Positions 25,901 through 34,664 of a stretch of 64,000 nt of DNA are shown in pieces (position 1 is the first letter of the stretch; each line of letters starts with the position of its first letter). The translations under genes and the position numbers were made by a program. The notes beneath the pieces are model-generated. The model was not told where the DNA came from. It ran no database searches and was given only the letters and a program-made list of their open reading frames with translations. Source of the stretch: Prorocentrum cordatum (Eukaryota); the NCBI GenBank assembly GCA_963575745.1, contig CAUYUJ010000082.1:1-64000 (forward strand), in the 5' to 3' direction.

Positions 25901-28900
25901 CATGTGGTTGATGTCCGTGCTGTAGTGGTGTCGGCCTCCCGTCTGGGTGGAGAAGAGCATCGTGGGGATGAGGTCCTTCATGCATTGTCTGATGTATCTG
26001 TAGTGGTGCTTGATGACGGTGTTGGCTAACGTGATTGACCGCTGGTTGTTCAGGTCCTCCTCGCTGCCCTTGCCCTTCCAGAAGTACGTCATCCTGGACC
26101 CCTTGAGAGCTACGCCCTCCCTGCATAAGAGCGCCGCTTTGGTGATGATCGGATGCATGTGTCGGGCCATCTGCCGTGGGGCGATCTTGGAGAAGTCGTC
26201 GGATACACGATCTGGTCCTGGTGCGCGGTGAGGTCTCGCTTTGTGAAGGATGTCGGTGAGCTCGTAGATGCTGGCGAAGTTGTTGACGTGGCGCGTTCTC
26301 CTGGGCTGAGCTGGGTCGGTCCTGTCCTCCTTGGCGTTGTATCTGTCAACCACGTCCTGAGCGGAGAGGATGTCGGCTGCTTCGTTGTGTCCGAAGTGTC
26401 GTGTGGCTGCGTCGGCCTTGCTCGTGGAGCTGTCGAGGACAGTGCCGTCTGCTGCGTTCATCATGGGGTATGCTTGCCGCTTACGTCTCTTGCGGCCGCC
26501 GAATAGCAGGAGCTTCTTGGTGTACTTCCACTCGGTGTACGTGTCGCCAGTGCGCTTTGCATCCATTGCCTTTTGTGCTTGCTCTTCCAAGAACGCGTCG
26601 TAGTCCCTGTCGGTCATCTTGACGATTACTTTTCTCGTGGCGTCGATCCAGTGCCGTACGTGTTGTAAAAACCCATGATAGTCGGGGTTGTAAGGGAAAT
26701 TCGCTGCAGCGTAGTTGAGCATGTAAGTCTCGCAGTAAGTAGTGTGGATCGCCTCGGGAGTCATCTGAAGGGTCGGGTCGTTGTGGATGTCGTTGATGAG
26801 CCTTTGGATTCTGCGCTTTGTCGTGCTAGCTGTCGCTCCATGTGTTGTTGCCTTACGGAGGAGCTTCATGAACTTCCGTCGGCTGAGGACAAAGTCGAGC
26901 GTGGTCTCTGAGATGTACTCCTGGTATTTCTTCTTCCCGCTTCTTTTGAACGCTGAGGTTGCTGCGTCCATGATGGTCAGCATGTACTGGTGGATGTGCT
27001 CATCGTAGTCCGTCCCCCATGGCGGTAAGACAGTAGCGTCCAGGTGCATCTTGAAGGTCTCGACGGCCTTCTCGTCATTGAGCTGGTGCTTGTCGATCTT
27101 CGGGAAGAGCTGCTTTGGCGCAGTGTGCCGCACGGTCCAGCAGGCTCGAGCTGTAACTGGCAGGTGATCCTCGCGGTGATGCTGCCCTTGTCGGTGTTTC
27201 TTCATGGTCTCAATGTCGGCCAATGTCTTGACGTCGGTGATGTGGCTGATGAGCGTATCGTCCGCGATGATGTAGTCGATGCGATGCTTGTGCCCATATG
27301 CGTCTGTCCACGTGTGGTGCTCGTCGCCGTTGGAGATCACGGTGTTGGCGATGACGTAGTGCCCTGCGGCTGCTATCTCGTGAAGTTCCTTGCCGTTGCT
27401 GTCCTCGGTCTGGGAGAGTCCAGCAGGTCCAACAGATGTCGACTGCACGCTTCCAAGTCGGCCGTTGGCGTCGGCGAGCATGAGGTTGGGTCTGTGCTGT
27501 TGTACGAGCTTCTGTAGTCGCTGCCAAAAGTCTTGTCGTTCTTGAGGACCTTTCTTGCTGTGAGGAGCATGAAATACGCAAATGGTGGTATTGATGCAGT
27601 CCGTAGTGACTTTGGCGATGAGGATCCTTGGCTCACTGATGAGAACGTGGCAGTGTCTGGGCTCGAAGTGCTGTGGGCCGTCCTTGTTGTAGGCGTAGGG
27701 CTCCTCCACGTTGATCCATAGCTCACATCCAGCGTTGTAGTGGTCGTGCGGGCTGCTGATGATGAAGTATCCATTCCCGGTTGTTGTACGTCGTTCGTTG
27801 CGCGCCTCCTGTATGCCGATGATGTGGAGTCGCTTTTCTTGAAATTGTCGTCGAAGCAAGGGTCCCCGCCACTGGTGTGCAAGCCGAGCTGCCTTTGTGA
27901 ACTTCTTCTGCTGCTGAGCGTCGGACTCTCTGACACTCTCGGCGTTGTAGGTTGCAATGGAGAGCTCGATCTTGGTTTCTTTGGCAGAGACCGTCTTAGG
28001 CGCCATGAGGTGTCGAACACTAGCATTCCGAGTTGGTAATCCAAAGCGTAAGGTGGCACCTTCGCGTAGTGGGTAAGCTGCTCGATCGGGATGATCAGGC
28101 TGGAGGATCGACTCCCATTGGTAGTACTTTGTGTCCGCAATGATGTCTCTGAAGTTGTGCGGGATGGTGTCGTAGTCGTGGCCTCTCTCGTAGCGCTTGC
28201 GTGTCCTCTTTGAGATTCCGTCGGCGAGCTCGTTCCACGGCATGCCTTCGTGACTCGGGACGTGATGCAAGGTGGTGTCGTTTTCGTTCTTGAGCGTGTC
28301 GAAGATGACCTTCATGAATCTCGCAAGATGTTCGTCTGCTGATGCTGTGGCGCGTCCCATGCATATGTTGATGGCCGTCTCGCAGTCGGTGTGGATACAG
28401 ATAGGTTGCGGCTCGGCGACGGCGATGGACCACATGAGAGCCTGCACGATGGCCATGATCTCGCCTGTGGTGTTGGTGGTGCTGCGGTCATTCAACTTCA
28501 TGTTGTGGCTCTTGCTGACGATGCTGCTGAAGGCTCCTCTGAACGTGCGTTGGTCGTGTTCACCACCTTCTTGTAGTACCAAGAATGCCCATGAGCAGCA
28601 GTCTGGTCTCCGTGCGTTGTGGGAAGCGTCAGTGAAGATGTGCTTTGCGCTGTGGGCATTGTTGCCTTTCGTCGTATTGTTGAGCGCATATGTTGCTGCT
28701 GGGTGCAGGTCATCACCTTCGATGTTGGCGTTGAGAAAGGGGGCGGTCGTGGCCCGTATTCGTCTGATCAGTCCTCTGGTATCCCCTAGGTCGCATGTGC
28801 AGTCGCCTGGTGGTTGCAGGCCGTGATATCTTGTGATGTCGAGATTGGCCTCGTGGTAAGATGGTTGCGGTTGTTGGGGCTGCTTGTCGGCGCTGGGATT

Positions 28901-30085
28901 GGGTGGTCGCTGTACTCGAAACGGTAACAATGCTGTCGCCTTCTGCTGTCGTCTGTGTGCAGCTTGTCCGTTGTGCGTTGTTGCAGAAACTCCTGTTGGG
29001 CATCGAAAGGGATGCATGGCTGTCCTTTGTCGTTGACGCCTTTCACCTGTGGCCACGTGGCAGTCTCTGTCGGGTGCTGCTGTGCCATGTCCAGCGCCCT
29101 GGGATGCTTTCAGGACTACTGGTGGATGGCCGGTGGGCTGCTGTGTCGGAAGCGTGGTGGTATGTCTTGCTGAGGGTGGCGGTGGGCTGGGTTGCAGGGC
29201 TTGGAATCGATTGTGGGTCGTGGTGTACGTAGATGTCTGCTGTGCTGTTAGTCGCCGTCGCTGCTGCCGTCGGACTCGTGCCAGAAGCCGCGTGCGAATG
29301 GCGTCGTCATCGAGGTGGAAGTTGCCGCTATCCATCTCGCTGCTGTTATCGAGGAAGGTATCCTCGATCCCAGGGAAGTAGTCTATCGTGATCGCGCTGT
29401 GGTACTCGGGCGTCTCGTTGTGGACGTCGGAGCCGTTGAATTTCCGTGCGTGCATAGAGCCAAAATGGCTAGTTGTGGTGACCGTGACGTCGGGCTTGAG
29501 TCGGTCTGGTCTAGGTGGCGTGTCGTATGCCTGATCCCGCTGACCTGGTCGCGCCCTCGGTGTAGACGGACTGAGAGTGGGTACCCTCTGTGGAAGTGTT
29601 GTGCGACTGCCTGCTGGAAGCACGGAGTCGGTCTGGCTACCTGAGGGGAGTCGCCCCAGTATAGCCCGCTGTGAGTCAGGGTGACGTACTTCACCTGAGT
29701 AGCTCTCCCACTCGGTGGACTGTCTTCCTGGTGGCGTGTTGGCGCGCAAAGGTGCGTCTGGGGTGGTCTTTTTATGGTTTTTGGTATTTTTATGGCTTGG
29801 TAGTGTAGCTGGTTGTTGTGCGTGCCCTGGGCCTTGATGCTGATCCGCTATCCCCAAAGCGGGTGGCAACATACTGAGGCTGGTAAAGTCGGGCTTCCCT
29901 AGTGGAAGTGGTTGTTGGTGAGATGGAGAAGTGCTGCAAGTCACCCGCACCGCAGGGGTCGCAGAGTTGGTTGCCGCAGTGGGAGTCCCCAAAGCGGGTG
30001 TCAGCCTGTCGAGGTCAGTCGTCGTGGGCTTCCCTAGTGGAAGGCGGGGTGGGTGTGCGTGTCTGAAGCTGCAAGTTACCTGCAC
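22997..30085 (-). CDS. LINE ORF2 (2362 aa): RNase H (~28200-28645), APE endonuclease (~27155-27960), RT (~25140-26230), two C2H2-type fingers (~24260-24425), degenerate DNMT-like domain (~23500-23960)
   Basis: RNase H: IFTDAS, GEIMA, IHTDC, HVPSH..WNELAD. APE: TYNAE, GIQEAR, ADANGR, TW, RIDYI, DHLPV. RT: APGPD, RSITL, IDLKAAFHKV, GTRPG, FVDD, KLLG. Fingers: CYHC..H....H and CQVC..H. True start codon uncertain. Confidence 0.92.
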   Translation of the reverse strand: MQVTCSFRHAHPPRLPLGKPTTTDLDRLTPALGTPTAATNSATPAVRVTCSTSPSHQQPLPLGKPDFTSLSMLPPALGIADQHQGPGHAQQPATLPSHKNTKNHKKTTPDAPLRANTPPGRQSTEWESYSGEVRHPDSQRAILGRLPSGSQTDSVLPAGSRTTLPQRVPTLSPSTPRARPGQRDQAYDTPPRPDRLKPDVTVTTTSHFGSMHARKFNGSDVHNETPEYHSAITIDYFPGIEDTFLDNSSEMDSGNFHLDDDAIRTRLLARVRRQQRRRLTAQQTSTYTTTHNRFQALQPSPPPPSARHTTTLPTQQPTGHPPVVLKASQGAGHGTAAPDRDCHVATGERRQRQRTAMHPFRCPTGVSATTHNGQAAHRRQQKATALLPFRVQRPPNPSADKQPQQPQPSYHEANLDITRYHGLQPPGDCTCDLGDTRGLIRRIRATTAPFLNANIEGDDLHPAATYALNNTTKGNNAHSAKHIFTDASHNARRPDCCSWAFLVLQEGGEHDQRTFRGAFSSIVSKSHNMKLNDRSTTNTTGEIMAIVQALMWSIAVAEPQPICIHTDCETAINICMGRATASADEHLARFMKVIFDTLKNENDTTLHHVPSHEGMPWNELADGISKRTRKRYERGHDYDTIPHNFRDIIADTKYYQWESILQPDHPDRAAYPLREGATLRFGLPTRNASVRHLMAPKTVSAKETKIELSIATYNAESVRESDAQQQKKFTKAARLAHQWRGPLLRRQFQEKRLHIIGIQEARNERRTTTGNGYFIISSPHDHYNAGCELWINVEEPYAYNKDGPQHFEPRHCHVLISEPRILIAKVTTDCINTTICVFHAPHSKKGPQERQDFWQRLQKLVQQHRPNLMLADANGRLGSVQSTSVGPAGLSQTEDSNGKELHEIAAAGHYVIANTVISNGDEHHTWTDAYGHKHRIDYIIADDTLISHITDVKTLADIETMKKHRQGQHHREDHLPVTARACWTVRHTAPKQLFPKIDKHQLNDEKAVETFKMHLDATVLPPWGTDYDEHIHQYMLTIMDAATSAFKRSGKKKYQEYISETTLDFVLSRRKFMKLLRKATTHGATASTTKRRIQRLINDIHNDPTLQMTPEAIHTTYCETYMLNYAAANFPYNPDYHGFLQHVRHWIDATRKVIVKMTDRDYDAFLEEQAQKAMDAKRTGDTYTEWKYTKKLLLFGGRKRRKRQAYPMMNAADGTVLDSSTSKADAATRHFGHNEAADILSAQDVVDRYNAKEDRTDPAQPRRTRHVNNFASIYELTDILHKARPHRAPGPDRVSDDFSKIAPRQMARHMHPIITKAALLCREGVALKGSRMTYFWKGKGSEEDLNNQRSITLANTVIKHHYRYIRQCMKDLIPTMLFSTQTGGRHHYSTDINHMTMRLLFNTAYHLKHDMVIIMIDLKAAFHKVVNQLVYNLTQTKEQLDDLLAHIDIPHVMLPAIEALMTDNGIVNQHVDNQHIVDMLTEAHTGTWFYIDDQCSYAAPRLGTRPGVPTADFTFNMLMADVTRDYHDHAVEDGATFDIPHAPPRLRACDHNATLSSTSFVDDVKAAASTADGTMIHALITKMWGHLIRATLRRGLPINTKKSSFTVYPNTVAGKRATRTMIRDNHSITDMGLCVTIARSTKLLGAMFNDRNDMGQETVARTIALRETTGPLRRTLFQRQAISIQTKIHYLESFGYSRLLFNAGTWLITTARDYHRINTAYVTAARQAIGITHKAMKDKHITNEQILARAQLPNLEDRLRWLRLRELLRLIKGCPYETQALIDYDIEVNGTWTQTINNDIHTCRQHCDGTRITTAPKDIIDFIKAARNDMHTVKSFITSTYKRAQDSSSDRAAQDQLRADLSLTATALGVPPLPRQAGTTTPAPARVMCYHCGATFKTKAAHNKHVYAVHQDKHTIDNYIVGDTCQVCLKYFYTANRLTKHVKASHQCAATLMQFGAKPPTEDIDAHKEETRRVRRSNRHAGLPEDYAERPPIQLHGPALGPPTHADHDHRPIPAQLPTDAPTTQDSGPNRADTGMTDITGKPSIVLLFTANHDHTSAVTDALQATADRHSISIELHHLPTMHPPQPDPTASDMATTPYDHAAFCIIDADLTTFDRDLNLRTQEAPWGRLDLTPAQHRAVRQDNDSMRHVLRTAQRMMMTRTPTIILDSSLRHLQLQEYAYITTTCSTTPTTAFTACNCPADITTTTTLTQAIEQTLQPTADAYTKAQTWHYDGHDGNGDHISTERRPSTDDMWHARLHRHPQQPGPDCWMSERPGAVLLEPRPGYSSPQASNCLASSTTSERTTDHTTRRQTTENAMPVTGAQEEQRGQPPRDGAVYARERGQPRGERPLEDEGGEMHMPT

Positions 30086-30110
30086 CGCAGGGGTCGCAAG
30101 GTTCGTTGCT
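29853..30110. repeat. ~135-bp imperfect tandem duplication at the start of ORF2
   Basis: cccaaagcgggtg, gggcttccctagtggaag and gctgcaagt.acc.gcaccgcaggggtcgca each occur twice. Confidence 0.8.
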
Positions 30111-30249
30111 GCGTCTGTGACATTGTGATGCTGTGTGGCGCTGGGCCGATAGTTACGTATGGTCGCTTGAGGCCGACCAGGGGCCTGTTGCTCTGGTCTT
30201 TTTCGACGGGTCCGATGAGCCAGAGCGCCCTCATCGGGGTCGTTCGTAT

Positions 30250-33234
30250 CTAGTTTTTTGGACGCAGCGCGGTGTCCGATCCTTCATCGTCAGGATCGGC
30301 ACGGAGAGGGACGCGGTCGGATATGTCCACGAAGCCGTCACCGCTGTCGTGGATACGGACCTTCCGCGGTGGTCGTGATGTGGAGTCCTGTCTCTTGAGG
30401 GCCGATCGGGTTCGTGAGGGTGGCGCTGACTGGGCCCTGTCGGGCGTTCCCATATGGAATCTGGGTGGAGGGATGATGGGGCTGTAGGCTTGGGTTGGGG
30501 TGATGCTGGTGATCGGTCGAGTCTTGGGCGTGGTGGGTACTTCGTGCTCGTCGTCGCTGAGATCGATGAGAATTGTGGTAAGGGGCGTGGATCGCTGTTG
30601 GTCATCGGGTGTCGATCTCGTGTCGGGGGGGGCGGACATGGCACGTACTTCGGGGAAGATGATGTGTGGGGTGGGGGGAGTGGCCTGCGCAGCTGGGATG
30701 GGGGTGTCGGTGCCTTCGAGGTCGGAGTCGTGGTGAAGGTCAGGAATGGGCGTAGACTGTCCGTCGTCGTGCTGAGAGAGGTAGCCGTCGTCGGCGATGG
30801 GCGTGGGAGAGCACGAAGATCTCGGAGAGCTCGATTGGTGTGCTTGTGTATCGCCGTGGTGTGCTTCAGAGGGCTTGTCGTGGTCGGCATCGCTGAGTGG
30901 GGCGATACTGGCTGGAGGGTGTGTGGGCGTTCTGTCGTGGGTGTGGTCGGGGTTCGGGGCGGGTGGTGAGGTGGGTGGTGCGGTTGCAAAGCCGAGGTCT
31001 CGTAAGCTCCATGCGTCTGAGTTGGACGTGGAATGAGCTGCGTTCGGTGGAGAGCTCATCTGTCGTAGCTGCTCGAGGTAGATGTCGGCGTGTGGGTGAG
31101 GCAGCTCGTAGGGGCCTGGGATGATCGCGGTGAGGGCGCCTTCGATCTCGCGGTGGATGCGCTTCTCCTCTGAGTCGGCTAACGCCTGCTGTCTGTTCTC
31201 CTCCTCGTCTCTCTCGCTGAACCTCGTGTTCAATTCTTGCAACAGTTCAAGATCAAGAGGGTCATGAAGGAGCTCGGCTTGTCGAAACTCTCGTTGCATT
31301 TCCTCCCTTTCCTTTATTCGCATCTCCTCGGTCGTCGCCAAGTGGTTGATGTACCTGTCGTGGAGCTGCTGCTCGGTGAGGTGTAGGTTGGCACGTTCGC
31401 CTTGGAGTCGGGCTCGCTCGTGCTGGTGCTCGGTGCATATCGTGGCTGCTTCGTGTTGTTGCGCACGCAGTTCACCGTACTCCTCGAGGATCTTCTCTTT
31501 GGCTTGCATGAGTGCCGATGATTCCGCATGAGCCCTGCAGTTGATTTCATGAAGCTGTCGTTGCTGAGCCAGTCGAAGTGCGTCTTCTTGTTGCTGCCCT
31601 CTCATCTCGTGCTGAAGTAGGAGGTTGTGAGCGCACTGAGCTTCCTCCTGTTGAAGGCGGTGCTTGGATTCACGAATTAGATGCTGGAGCCAAAATGGCT
31701 TAGCCTCCCGTAGTTCGTGTTGTTGTACTGCTTCCCGCCGTGCAAGGTGACCACGTGCGGCGTCGTGAAGTGATTGGTGCTGTTCGAGCTCGGTCTTCAT
31801 GCGATGTGCCTGTTCAGCTTCATCTTCCTGGCGTCGTTGTTCGGACTGTCGTAGGAACCGTTGTGCTTGCTGATGTTCTAGGTGGCGGTTGCGTGCGTTG
31901 ATCTCGTCTATCTCCTCCTGGAAGCGGCGCTGGAGTCGTTGCTCGTGGTGCTGTAGTTCGAGATGAAGCTCGTTGAAGGCCTTCCGAGACGTGTGTGCTT
32001 CCATGCGCGTAAGCTCCTCCTGCAACTGTTCGCGGTGCTCGGATTGTCGGAGATCAGCTTGTTGGTGGAGGTGGGCTAGGTGGTGCTGATGGAGTCCCGT
32101 GTGTTGTCGCTGCTGGTCCACCTTTTTGGAGAGGTCCGTGATCATCGCGAGCAGCTCTTTGTGACCTTTTTGGTGTGGGTCGTCCTGCTGTCGAAGTGGT
32201 GCTGCTGCTGGTGCTGCGTACTGCTGTGGTCGATGATCTTCGCGCTGTCGTGGGTGAGGTGTCTGTGTCCGAGTCCTGCGCCTGTTGTGGTGATCCTTCT
32301 CGCTCTCGTCGTTGTCGCTGTAGAAGTCGTCGTACTCGAGGTCGGGTGTGGCGTCGTCCCTCTTCAACTTCGACTCCTGGAGTAGAGCTCGTAGTATCCT
32401 CAAGCTGCCCTCCGTGTTGTCGAACTCGGTCTGCATCTTCCTGATGTCGTCCTTGAGCGCATTCTTTCGCCTGACCGTGGTGTCGATGCATCGGCGGTAG
32501 TAGTGCACCCGCTCGTCGGGAGACAACGTGAGGAGGAGCATTGCCTTGTTGACAGACAGCTCTGCGACGATCTTGGCATCGTCGACGCCGACGGCGCGTG
32601 CGCCCTGAGCTTGGTCTGCCAACCGAGCGATGCGTCCGCGCTTGGTTGTCACCCAAAGGCGGCGCATGTCCTCCTCAAGCGGGGGCGTGGAGAAGCTCTC
32701 GTGGGACTGCATGCGCACGTCGTCGGCAGGGAGGACCTGGTCGAGGATCTCGCGCTGCTTCTTGGAGAACTGGAAGCCGTCGAAGAAGTTGTGCGCGCCG
32801 TAGTGCTTCTTGCTCTGCGTCCGTGTCGTTGTGCGAGGTGTGGAGCGAGCCCGTGAACCTTTCTTGTGGGTGTCCTCGCCGTGGTGGGTGAAGTGGTGAG
32901 CATGCTCGTCCTTGGCGTAGTGCTGCTGGCAGTGGCTGTTGTGACGGGTGCTTGCGTTGCCGTCGTACTGGTCGTGGCCGTCGCGGTCCTGCTGCCAGCT
33001 CTGGTCGTCGTTCTTCCCGTACGTCCTGCGTCGTCGCGTCCGAGATCCCGACCTCCACGGCCATGGCTGAGCTCCGACGGGATGACCACGAGAGGCTCGT
33101 GTTGATGACGCCGTCGTGTCGAAGTGCGGCTGCTCCCAGTCGCGCTGGTGCTTCCAGTCCTGCGTCATCTTGTCGACGGGCTGGGCGCTGTGGTGCTCCG
33201 CGAGGGTCCTCGCGGCAGAGAGGACTCGGAGCAA
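30250..33234 (-). CDS. LINE ORF1 (up to 994 aa), long Q/E/H-rich coiled coil with Pro/Thr-rich tail
   Basis: Long uninterrupted ORF directly upstream of ORF2; helical heptad-like composition; first ATG (MTQDW) near 33168. Confidence 0.8.
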   Translation of the reverse strand: MLRVLSAARTLAEHHSAQPVDKMTQDWKHQRDWEQPHFDTTASSTRASRGHPVGAQPWPWRSGSRTRRRRTYGKNDDQSWQQDRDGHDQYDGNASTRHNSHCQQHYAKDEHAHHFTHHGEDTHKKGSRARSTPRTTTRTQSKKHYGAHNFFDGFQFSKKQREILDQVLPADDVRMQSHESFSTPPLEEDMRRLWVTTKRGRIARLADQAQGARAVGVDDAKIVAELSVNKAMLLLTLSPDERVHYYRRCIDTTVRRKNALKDDIRKMQTEFDNTEGSLRILRALLQESKLKRDDATPDLEYDDFYSDNDESEKDHHNRRRTRTQTPHPRQREDHRPQQYAAPAAAPLRQQDDPHQKGHKELLAMITDLSKKVDQQRQHTGLHQHHLAHLHQQADLRQSEHREQLQEELTRMEAHTSRKAFNELHLELQHHEQRLQRRFQEEIDEINARNRHLEHQQAQRFLRQSEQRRQEDEAEQAHRMKTELEQHQSLHDAARGHLARREAVQQHELREAKPFWLQHLIRESKHRLQQEEAQCAHNLLLQHEMRGQQQEDALRLAQQRQLHEINCRAHAESSALMQAKEKILEEYGELRAQQHEAATICTEHQHERARLQGERANLHLTEQQLHDRYINHLATTEEMRIKEREEMQREFRQAELLHDPLDLELLQELNTRFSERDEEENRQQALADSEEKRIHREIEGALTAIIPGPYELPHPHADIYLEQLRQMSSPPNAAHSTSNSDAWSLRDLGFATAPPTSPPAPNPDHTHDRTPTHPPASIAPLSDADHDKPSEAHHGDTQAHQSSSPRSSCSPTPIADDGYLSQHDDGQSTPIPDLHHDSDLEGTDTPIPAAQATPPTPHIIFPEVRAMSAPPDTRSTPDDQQRSTPLTTILIDLSDDEHEVPTTPKTRPITSITPTQAYSPIIPPPRFHMGTPDRAQSAPPSRTRSALKRQDSTSRPPRKVRIHDSGDGFVDISDRVPLRADPDDEGSDTALRPKN

Positions 33235-34618
33235 CGTACGCGCCTGAGCGCGTTGCTGCCGCTGGCGCCGATGCCAGGATGGTTCGCCTTCACGAGGCGT
33301 CCTGGCGGGGCGCCTGCCGCGGCCGCGGCGCCGAGCGATGGCCCGCGGCGCGCGAGCCCGAGCACGAGGGGGCGACCGACGAGGGCGACGACGGCCCAGC
33401 CCCCCTCAGCCCGTGGCTTTCTCCTCCTCCTCCTCCTCCTCCTCGTCCTCCTCCTCCTCCTCCTCTTAATCTTCGGAGTAAGCGGGCGCACCGGACCTCT
33501 CATTGAAGCTTACCTTGTTTCGCGCAGAGCGGTCTCCCGTAAGTGTTTCGATGCGAGGCCAGAAAGCTGCTATCACTGACAACACTACCTCTCTGGGAGG
33601 GGGCGGCGAGGAGCGCGGACGAGGCGAGGAAGAAACAAGGTGAGGAGGAGGTAAGAAGGGGGATAATGATAACGACAAACCGAAGCATAGAGCATGGAAA
33701 CGGACATTGAGCATGCATATAACGATGCAACACACAGGCGGGCCGAGGAGGATACGAATGAAGATGCGAACATGATGATCAAAGTCAGACTGCATCTGGT
33801 GGAGGATGACGAGGGATGGAGGAGGAGATGGGAAGGGGAGAAGGATGATGAGACGAGTTGCCACATCCACGCCTGGGGCTGCATCTCGACAGCACACCCT
33901 GACCGCGAGTCGATCCTCGACGAGACGTCGGGGACATTGCCGTCTCCCAGTGGCAAGCCCACCCCCCTTTGTGCAAGAGCGTGGTCGGGACAGTGCATAT
34001 CTGCGTGGTGTACTTCGCCACCCGAGAAAAGATCACGGTCCTCAACCTGCGACAGGGTCTTGGTGGCGCAACCGTGGCGGCGTGCGACATGTTGTTGCTC
34101 AAAGAATTCTGGGTGAGCACGCCCTGAATGGACTAGAGCCTCTGCACGGTTGGCCAGGTGCGCATCCACCGCTGCGACAACGGTGTGCCGTAACCGCACA
34201 TGATGAAGGACAGCACGATCATGGCCATGCATCCTTTGTACTCCGCAGCGATTACTCCCACGCTTTCGATCACGCACAGACCGAACACCGAGCCTGCGAC
34301 CAGGCCGACTTTCGAGAGCGACATCGACCACAGAGCGTGCAGCAGAGGCCCGCGCACGCCATCGCCATCGATCGCGCCTTCGCCTTCCTCGGCGTCGCCA
34401 CGCCAGCCGAGACCCGCGCGCAAACCACTAGGGCGCTGTATTGGTGAATCATCTCCTTCCTCTCCTCACGTTGGCCTGCCTCTCATCGTCCCAATCTTCC
34501 CCTTCACACCCCAAATCGCCACGCCGTCTTTCCTGTTCCAGCACCTCGACGTACGCCACAGTGCCCGCTGGCACGCTGAGGCGTGGTAGATTGTCAAGGT
34601 CCGACCAGTGTGATATGT

Positions 34619-34664
34619 TACTAGAACCACGCGCGCGCTTCGCGCGCGCTTAGGTTCTAGCTAG
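34619..34664 (-). other. GC hairpin followed by CTAG|T (Helitron-like 3' terminus)
   Basis: Minus strand reads gcgcgcgcgaagcgcgcgc-gtggtt-ctag-t. Confidence 0.45.

Larger units (their letters stand above)
22997..33234 (-). mobile_element. Full-length-looking LINE (two ORFs); exact termini and TSD not identified
   Basis: ORF1 plus ORF2 in tandem, uniform strand bias, APE and RT motifs. Confidence 0.92.

Noticed and set aside
33700..34600. Possible decayed APE endonuclease fragment
   Set aside because: Only vague motif resemblance with multiple stops; not supportable by eye
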